From contig JAKLKB010000012.1 of NCBI GenBank assembly GCA_023150835.1, positions 1 to 64,000 on the forward strand: 64,000 nt of DNA, in the 5' to 3' direction. How positions within the stretch are numbered: position 1 is the first letter of the stretch; the number at the start of each line of letters is the position of its first letter. The DNA is from Myxococcota bacterium (GTDB lineage: Bacteria > Myxococcota_C > UBA6777). A model generated the notes under the pieces. The model was given only the letters and a program-made list of their open reading frames with translations, did not search any database and was not told where the DNA came from. Positions 58,355 through 64,000 of the stretch are shown here, piece after piece. Position numbers and translations under genes: made by a program.

Positions 58355-59980
58355 ATGGACCGTCGGATGCAAAAAAACTGTTGGATACTCTCGTGCCTTT
58401 TCTTGTGCTTGATCAGCTCGCTCTCTCCGATGCACGCCCAAGCTGGCGACTTTATGGATACACGTATCACCTTTGCGCTTTCGGACGACAACCTGTTGCT
58501 CGGCCCCGGCCTCAGCAACCCCTCAAGCCCCTCCACCAGCTTCGTCCCGGGCGCACGTAGCGTCCTCTTCTTCGACAACTACAACAAACGCGACTCGGGC
58601 TTTGAATCGCTCTCCCATGTCGCGTTGTACAAAGAGATGCCGTCCTTTTTCAAAGGGCTTACGACTGCGGCTGCGTTGGTTGTGCGGATGGATTATTTCC
58701 TCGAACGTCGCGAGTTTCGCTTGACTGACGCAGGAAGCTACATCCGCACCACCTACTTCTTCAACCCCGAAGACGCCACCGCCAAAGAAAAACCCAAACT
58801 GCGCCGAAACCTCGATATCGTCGCCTTCCCGCTCAGTTCGGATCGTTTTCGGATGGGTTATAGTTTTCGGATCTCTTGGGGAGGAGACTTCACCTTCCCT
58901 CGCCGCTCGATCAAAAGCCCCGTCCCGGGTGTGAAAGCTCAACTAAACTACGATTTCTCCGAATCTGCGGGACTTTCTATCTTTCTCGGCGGCAAAACTG
59001 TGTTGCTCCAACAGCTCATCACCCGCGAACAGATCGAAGAAGAAGTCGGCTACGGAATCTTGGGTGGTTTCGCCTTGCGTCTCGGCCAATTTTCATGGGA
59101 AGGCGGCGGCGCTTTTTTCAACAAAGGCACCTTCTTTAACCCCACCGTCAAAGCCGAACCCATCTACTTTTACGGCGGTTCGACACAGATATCCTACGCG
59201 ATGGGCATCCCAGTAGGCGTCTCGATGGACTTTGCGCTGTATCGAAACGATCCGCTCAAACCACAAAAATTCTTCAAACCCGAACAATACGTCCCCGGCA
59301 AGTTTAGTTTCATGGTCGCCGCCGAAGCCTCGGTGGTTGCGAACCTTTTGGAAAACCCCGACCCCGCCCAAGTCGGTGGGATCGTCCCCCAAGTCGGCAT
59401 CGCAGCCGACCTCAACTTTCGCATGAAATACGGCTATTGGCGGATGCACCTTGATGTGATGTACCGCGATCTTTCTTTCATCTTGCAAAACGTCCCCGGC
59501 TTTGTTCCCTTCCAAGCCTTCGCAAACGATCAAGTCCAAACACCCGAATTCTTCGCAGCCTTGGGTGTAGATTATCACATCGCCCCCGCTCACCTGACCT
59601 TGGGGCTGATCGTCGGTCTTCAAATCCCCTCGACCTTCCGAGGCGTCATCCCCAAAGAACTCACCGGACAAGTCCCCGTCGGCAGCACCACAGGCCAACA
59701 GATCGTCGTCGTGCGCGGTGAAGGCGACTTTGTCCTTCTCCCAACCGTCGATGCTGCCGGAAACAAAGTCGAGATCATCCCGATCGTCAGCGCAAAACTG
59801 ACCTTCAAATGGCAACTCAGCGAGTTTATGGCCATCATCGGCGACGTGTTGTTCAGCTTTGACAGCAACGAAACACGCCTCGAACGCGCCCAATACACGG
59901 GCGATGGAACGGTTGTCAGCCGCGTGTTTGTCGATCCGATCCGCCTCGGCTTCAATCTCATGGGACAAGCCCGCTTCTAA
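58355..59980 (+). CDS. Probable outer-membrane beta-barrel protein of unknown function
   Basis: Signal peptide ending AQA, amphipathic beta strands, C-terminal GFNLMGQARF. Confidence 0.7.
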   Translation: MDRRMQKNCWILSCLFLCLISSLSPMHAQAGDFMDTRITFALSDDNLLLGPGLSNPSSPSTSFVPGARSVLFFDNYNKRDSGFESLSHVALYKEMPSFFKGLTTAAALVVRMDYFLERREFRLTDAGSYIRTTYFFNPEDATAKEKPKLRRNLDIVAFPLSSDRFRMGYSFRISWGGDFTFPRRSIKSPVPGVKAQLNYDFSESAGLSIFLGGKTVLLQQLITREQIEEEVGYGILGGFALRLGQFSWEGGGAFFNKGTFFNPTVKAEPIYFYGGSTQISYAMGIPVGVSMDFALYRNDPLKPQKFFKPEQYVPGKFSFMVAAEASVVANLLENPDPAQVGGIVPQVGIAADLNFRMKYGYWRMHLDVMYRDLSFILQNVPGFVPFQAFANDQVQTPEFFAALGVDYHIAPAHLTLGLIVGLQIPSTFRGVIPKELTGQVPVGSTTGQQIVVVRGEGDFVLLPTVDAAGNKVEIIPIVSAKLTFKWQLSEFMAIIGDVLFSFDSNETRLERAQYTGDGTVVSRVFVDPIRLGFNLMGQARF

Positions 59981-59993
59981 TCTCCACAACAGC

Positions 59994-60104
59994 CGCAGGG
60001 GACGCGGCCTTGATGGTTAGAGTGCTTGGTCGCAGGGGACACGGCCTTGATGGTTAGAGTGCTTGGTCGCAGGGGACGCGGCCTTGACGGTTAGAGTGCT
60101 TGGC
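59994..60104. repeat. 37-bp tandem repeat x3 duplicating the stop region of the gshB-like gene
   Basis: CGCAGGGGACRCGGCCTTGAYGGTTAGAGTGCTTGG at 59994, 60031, 60068. Confidence 0.95.
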
Positions 60105-61026
60105 CGAGCGTGTGAAAAATGGGGTCGGTGACGGATTGGGAGGAGACTTGTTGGAGCTCAGCAAGTCCGATGGGGCAGGAGAGATTCAACTCGATCAACA
60201 AGCCATCGCTGACATCGAGGCTCGCCAAGAAGATGCCTTCTTCGCGCAGCACAGGTCCAACGGTGCGGATGATGGCTTGATCTTTTTCGGAAAGCTGGAC
60301 GGATACGGGTTTTGCGCCTCGATTGAAAGAGCCGCGTAGCTCGCCCATGCCCGGGACTTGAAGCGCCACACCAAGAAAGTTCCCATTCAACAAAAAGAGG
60401 CGCTTGTCGCCGTCTAGCTCGGTATCATTGATCATCTTCTGCACAAGGACGTATTGTTGGCCTTGTTGCGTCAAAAGCTCCGAAAGCAGCTTGGTGTTGG
60501 GGTCACCCATCCGCAGGAAAAACATATTGTGTCCTTGGGACGCATGGAGAGGGCGGATCGTGGCCTTCCCACCGACTTCGGACAAAAAGGCGCGGATCGC
60601 ATCGGGATGCTTGGTCACCAAAGAAGGCGGGCAGAACGAAGGGAAGCGCAGCGCAAACAGATGTTCGTTGAGGTTGCGCAGCGTGCGCGGGGCATTCAAC
60701 ACAGCCGTCGAGGGCGGAAGCATCTGTAACGCATCCAGAGCAAACAGCGTATCCGGCGCAAAAGGCGGAGACTTCCGCCACCACAACAGGTTCAACTGAT
60801 CGAGCGGCGCGAGAAACGACTCGCCCAGTACGACCCGCCCTCCTTCCACCGAGATCGGAGCCATATAACCAACGGGACGGCTTTGTTGGATGTGAAGATC
60901 AGACACTTCCATCCAAAAAAGTTGGTAGCCGTAATTTTGAGCGGCTTGCATCAGCAAGAGAGTAGTAGTGTCGTTTTCTTCGAGGTGTTCGAGATGATCA
61001 GTCACGAAAGCGATACGTTTGGTCAT
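60091..61026 (-). CDS. gshB: Glutathione synthetase-like ATP-grasp protein (divergent)
   Basis: IAFVTD..DTT..LMQAAQ, RKSPPF, GDKRLF, LDV, ELN; several conserved residues changed. Confidence 0.7.
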   Translation of the reverse strand: MTKRIAFVTDHLEHLEENDTTTLLLMQAAQNYGYQLFWMEVSDLHIQQSRPVGYMAPISVEGGRVVLGESFLAPLDQLNLLWWRKSPPFAPDTLFALDALQMLPPSTAVLNAPRTLRNLNEHLFALRFPSFCPPSLVTKHPDAIRAFLSEVGGKATIRPLHASQGHNMFFLRMGDPNTKLLSELLTQQGQQYVLVQKMINDTELDGDKRLFLLNGNFLGVALQVPGMGELRGSFNRGAKPVSVQLSEKDQAIIRTVGPVLREEGIFLASLDVSDGLLIELNLSCPIGLAELQQVSSQSVTDPIFHTLGQAL

Positions 61027-61143
61027 TGCGGCAACTCCGTCGCGAGGGGAAGCGGGTACAAGGGCATCTCTGTGGAGGGGTATGATGCCGATTTTCAACC
61101 TCTTGTCGAGGGGGAAACAACGATCCGCCACAAAAAGACCACA

Positions 61144-63996
61144 CTATCGAGCGGGTGGCGGCCAAGGTAGCGGCCTTTGATGTGCAGGCAAGGGCGAACT
61201 TTCAGGCTTGGGGGCGTTGAGTTGTCGGCTCAACTCATCAGGTGTGTCTTTGGTGGAAAGTACGACAGACTCGGATTGTCCGCTTTGTAGGTTGGTGGCC
61301 CGAAGCGTCAAGAGGCACTCGTTGCTGAGTTTAAATTGAAGCTCGACTTTGTGGACACCTTTGGGAGCGGGCTGTATGCCTGCAAGATGCAAGGTTCCAA
61401 GGTATTCGTTTTCTAGGGCGTTTTGGCTTTCGCCTTGGAATATCGGCAAATCGAGTACGGTCTGGTTGTCGCGGGTGGTTGCGGTGACGAAGTTCTTTTC
61501 AAACGGCAGCGGTGTGTTGGCAGCGATCACAGGAACAAAGCGCCCTCCGGGAAGGCCGATGCCGATCGGCAACGCCAGAACATCGATCAAACGAACCGCG
61601 TTCTTTTTGCCGAAGGAGTGGGCCAACAGAGCCGTCCCGATCGCTACAGCCTCGTCAGGATGGACGTTTCGGTGAGGCGGCTTGCCGAAATAAGCCGTCA
61701 GGCGCTCGTGAATCAAGGGCATCCTTGTCATCCCACCCACAAGAAGAACTTCATCGATATCTTCTTTCTTTAATTCACGCGCTTTCATCACGGCTTCACA
61801 GACGCGCAGAGTCTCTTCGACAAGGCCCTTGACAAGGGAGTTTAGAGCATCGCGTGTGATCTCTTGCTCAAGATGGATGGGCTTTCCGCCCCGCTGCAAC
61901 AGGTACGGGATGTTGATCCGTGTGCGTTTCTCCATCGACAGATCACACTTGGCTTTTTCGCAAGCATCCCGAACCCGCTGCATCTGGATCGGATCATTGC
62001 GAAGATCGATCTGGGTCTCTCGATAGAAGTCGCGGATCACGTGATCGATCAAGATGTTGTCAAAGTCGACTCCGCCCAAAAAAGTATTTCCGCCCGTCGA
62101 GATCACTTCAAACACATCTTTATCGACTTCGAGCACAGAAGCATCGAAGGTTCCGCCGCCCAGATCGTACACCAACAGGCGCTGTTGGATCCCACGCCCG
62201 AAGCCGTACGCAAGCGCCGCTGCCGTCGGCTCGTTGACGATACGCTCGACTCGCAGACCTGCCAACAAGCCCGCATCTCGGACGGCTTGGCGTTGTTGAT
62301 CGTTGTAGTGTGCTGGGACACTAATCACCGCACGATGAACGGGCTGGTGCAGGTATTCTTGTGCGATATCCCGAATCTCCGCAAGAATCAGCGCAGATAT
62401 CTGTTCGAGCGTAAAGGTCTTTTGATCGATGTATACCGCCGACCCGCCTTCGGACGTTTCGACGATGCTGTAGAGAAAACGATCTTTGATCAACTGTACA
62501 ATCCGCGAGCGATACTTTCGCCCGATCAACCGCTTGGCTCCATAGACCGTGTTGCGCGGATTCAACATCATCTGATTTTTAGCGGGGTGGCCGATCAACA
62601 GCTCGTGTTCGTCACTAAAAGCCACGATCGATGGGATCGTATTGTATCCAAAGCGCGACGGGATGACCTTGGGTCGGCCCTCTTCGACGATCGCACAACA
62701 ACTGTTTGTAGTCCCTAGATCGATGCCGATAATCGGGCCTGTCAGGGGGATATCTTCGATCTTTCCTTGGAAAAACAGCAGTTCCTCGCGGTGCGAAGAC
62801 AGCGACGCAAACTGCATCATCGTGGGATTCACCGCCTGCCCTTGGAGTGTCGGCATCGGCATCGTGCCGCTTGGAGTGTTGGTAGGAGACACGCTTGGGT
62901 TAGCGATGCTGATCGGTGCGGATGCAGCGGGAAAACCACTTCCACCGGTGGGAGGGGTCACGTCTTGAGCAGGCGACACTTTTGGATTTGCAGCGCGGGC
63001 AGCGAGCGGCCCCCCCAAAAGCGGCGTCGCTTCGGTCGGGGCATGGGGCGAGAGCGGACTCCCAAAAAGCGGTGTTGTTTCGGTCGGTGCATGGGGCAAG
63101 AGCGCCCCCGAAAGCATCGGCGTCACTTCGGTCGGATGCGAAGAAACCGTGTGCCCCGTCAAAACAGGCGTGACCTGCGTTGGTGCATCCGAAGAAGGCA
63201 GACTCCCCGCCAACGCCCCCCCCAAGGGGGCCTGAAAGGACGGTGCCCCAAGTGTTGGCCGTTGCATCGCGCCTGTTCGCGAAAAGATGCTCGGTTGTGG
63301 AGGGCGTGGCGGCTGTGGCGAAGCTTGCGGCAGCGAAGACAACGGTTGCGAGGATTGCTGCGATTGCGGAGAGGACGACAGCAACGGCGATTGCGGCGAC
63401 TGTTGCAAGGATTGTTGCGGCTGTGGTGAGGGCGACAGCAACGGCGGCTGTGGTGGTTGTGCAGATTGTGGTGGGGACGTTCGAGAGAGAGCGGGTGGTA
63501 GATGCGATGGCTGCGGAGAGTACGATGGTTGCGGAGATTGTGGCGGTGGAGTTCCTTCGCGTCCAAACGGCGGAGGCGACGAAGGAACAGGGCGTCCGAG
63601 TACTGGAGCTGGTTCCGAGGGGGGGTAGGTAGAACGAGAGATGGTCTCCGGTGGAAAGAAACTGCCTTGGATCACGGGTGGAAGATTCGCTTGCAAAGAC
63701 ACAGGAGCAGGCGTTGGGGGCATCGGGGAGGCGCTTGGCGGTGGAGCTGTACGAGGGAGGCGATTTCCGAGATCGGGATCACCGCTACCACCGAGTATCG
63801 GGGAGGCACTTGGCGGTGGAGCTGTACGCGGGGGCTGCGACCGGTGGGGAGGCGTGAACGTAGGGATGATCGCAGAGGACTCCATCGGCAAAGGAAACTC
63901 ATCGCCGATAGGTTGTTCTTCTCCTGCTGAGCGAAAAAGCGACGGATTGTGCGGGTAGGTTGCAGGAGGATTGGGGGGAGGCGTTGCAGAAAACAC
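61144..63996 (-). CDS. Hsp70/DnaK-family protein with long Pro-rich N-terminal extension (5' end probably outside the window)
   Basis: [47 protein letters not shown]; ends shortly after the SBD-beta region. Confidence 0.9.
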   Translation of the reverse strand: MFSATPPPNPPATYPHNPSLFRSAGEEQPIGDEFPLPMESSAIIPTFTPPHRSQPPRTAPPPSASPILGGSGDPDLGNRLPRTAPPPSASPMPPTPAPVSLQANLPPVIQGSFFPPETISRSTYPPSEPAPVLGRPVPSSPPPFGREGTPPPQSPQPSYSPQPSHLPPALSRTSPPQSAQPPQPPLLSPSPQPQQSLQQSPQSPLLSSSPQSQQSSQPLSSLPQASPQPPRPPQPSIFSRTGAMQRPTLGAPSFQAPLGGALAGSLPSSDAPTQVTPVLTGHTVSSHPTEVTPMLSGALLPHAPTETTPLFGSPLSPHAPTEATPLLGGPLAARAANPKVSPAQDVTPPTGGSGFPAASAPISIANPSVSPTNTPSGTMPMPTLQGQAVNPTMMQFASLSSHREELLFFQGKIEDIPLTGPIIGIDLGTTNSCCAIVEEGRPKVIPSRFGYNTIPSIVAFSDEHELLIGHPAKNQMMLNPRNTVYGAKRLIGRKYRSRIVQLIKDRFLYSIVETSEGGSAVYIDQKTFTLEQISALILAEIRDIAQEYLHQPVHRAVISVPAHYNDQQRQAVRDAGLLAGLRVERIVNEPTAAALAYGFGRGIQQRLLVYDLGGGTFDASVLEVDKDVFEVISTGGNTFLGGVDFDNILIDHVIRDFYRETQIDLRNDPIQMQRVRDACEKAKCDLSMEKRTRINIPYLLQRGGKPIHLEQEITRDALNSLVKGLVEETLRVCEAVMKARELKKEDIDEVLLVGGMTRMPLIHERLTAYFGKPPHRNVHPDEAVAIGTALLAHSFGKKNAVRLIDVLALPIGIGLPGGRFVPVIAANTPLPFEKNFVTATTRDNQTVLDLPIFQGESQNALENEYLGTLHLAGIQPAPKGVHKVELQFKLSNECLLTLRATNLQSGQSESVVLSTKDTPDELSRQLNAPKPESSPLPAHQRPLPWPPPAR

Positions 63997-64000
63997 AGGT

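Overview
Chromosomal window of a bacterium that looks like a Myxococcota member (inferred from gene families). Left to right: Bat-type vWA/TPR genes, an Omp85/BamA-family protein, a Ser/Thr kinase-STAND ATPase-TPR fusion and an amidohydrolase lipoprotein. Next is a variable island (about 14.75-18.65 kb) with two FGE-sulfatase/C-lectin-fold paralogs (one with a TGG>TAG stop), an orphan FGE C-terminal cassette, and a helical protein followed by a degenerate 21-bp-periodic array. Then come a nucleoside hydrolase with an apparent IF3-N domain insert, HtrA, two Hsp20, an outer-membrane barrel, dapA-dapB-folK, a lone gspD, and a fimU-pilV-pilW-pilX-pilY1 cluster. The right part holds YkgJ-family, GT2 and DAGK genes, a Cys-rich lipoprotein, a phage-type ssDNA-annealing protein without a prophage, a 1423-aa protein of seven tandem DsbA-like CPFC domains plus a partner DsbA, two OB-fold lipoproteins with an OM protein, a degenerate GshB and a lidless Pro-rich Hsp70. 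Intergenic DNA carries a dispersed GTAG-type REP family, nested inverted repeats and short tandem duplications. No CRISPR array, rRNA, tRNA, transposase or reverse transcriptase was seen. All calls come from motif recognition by eye; no database searches were run.
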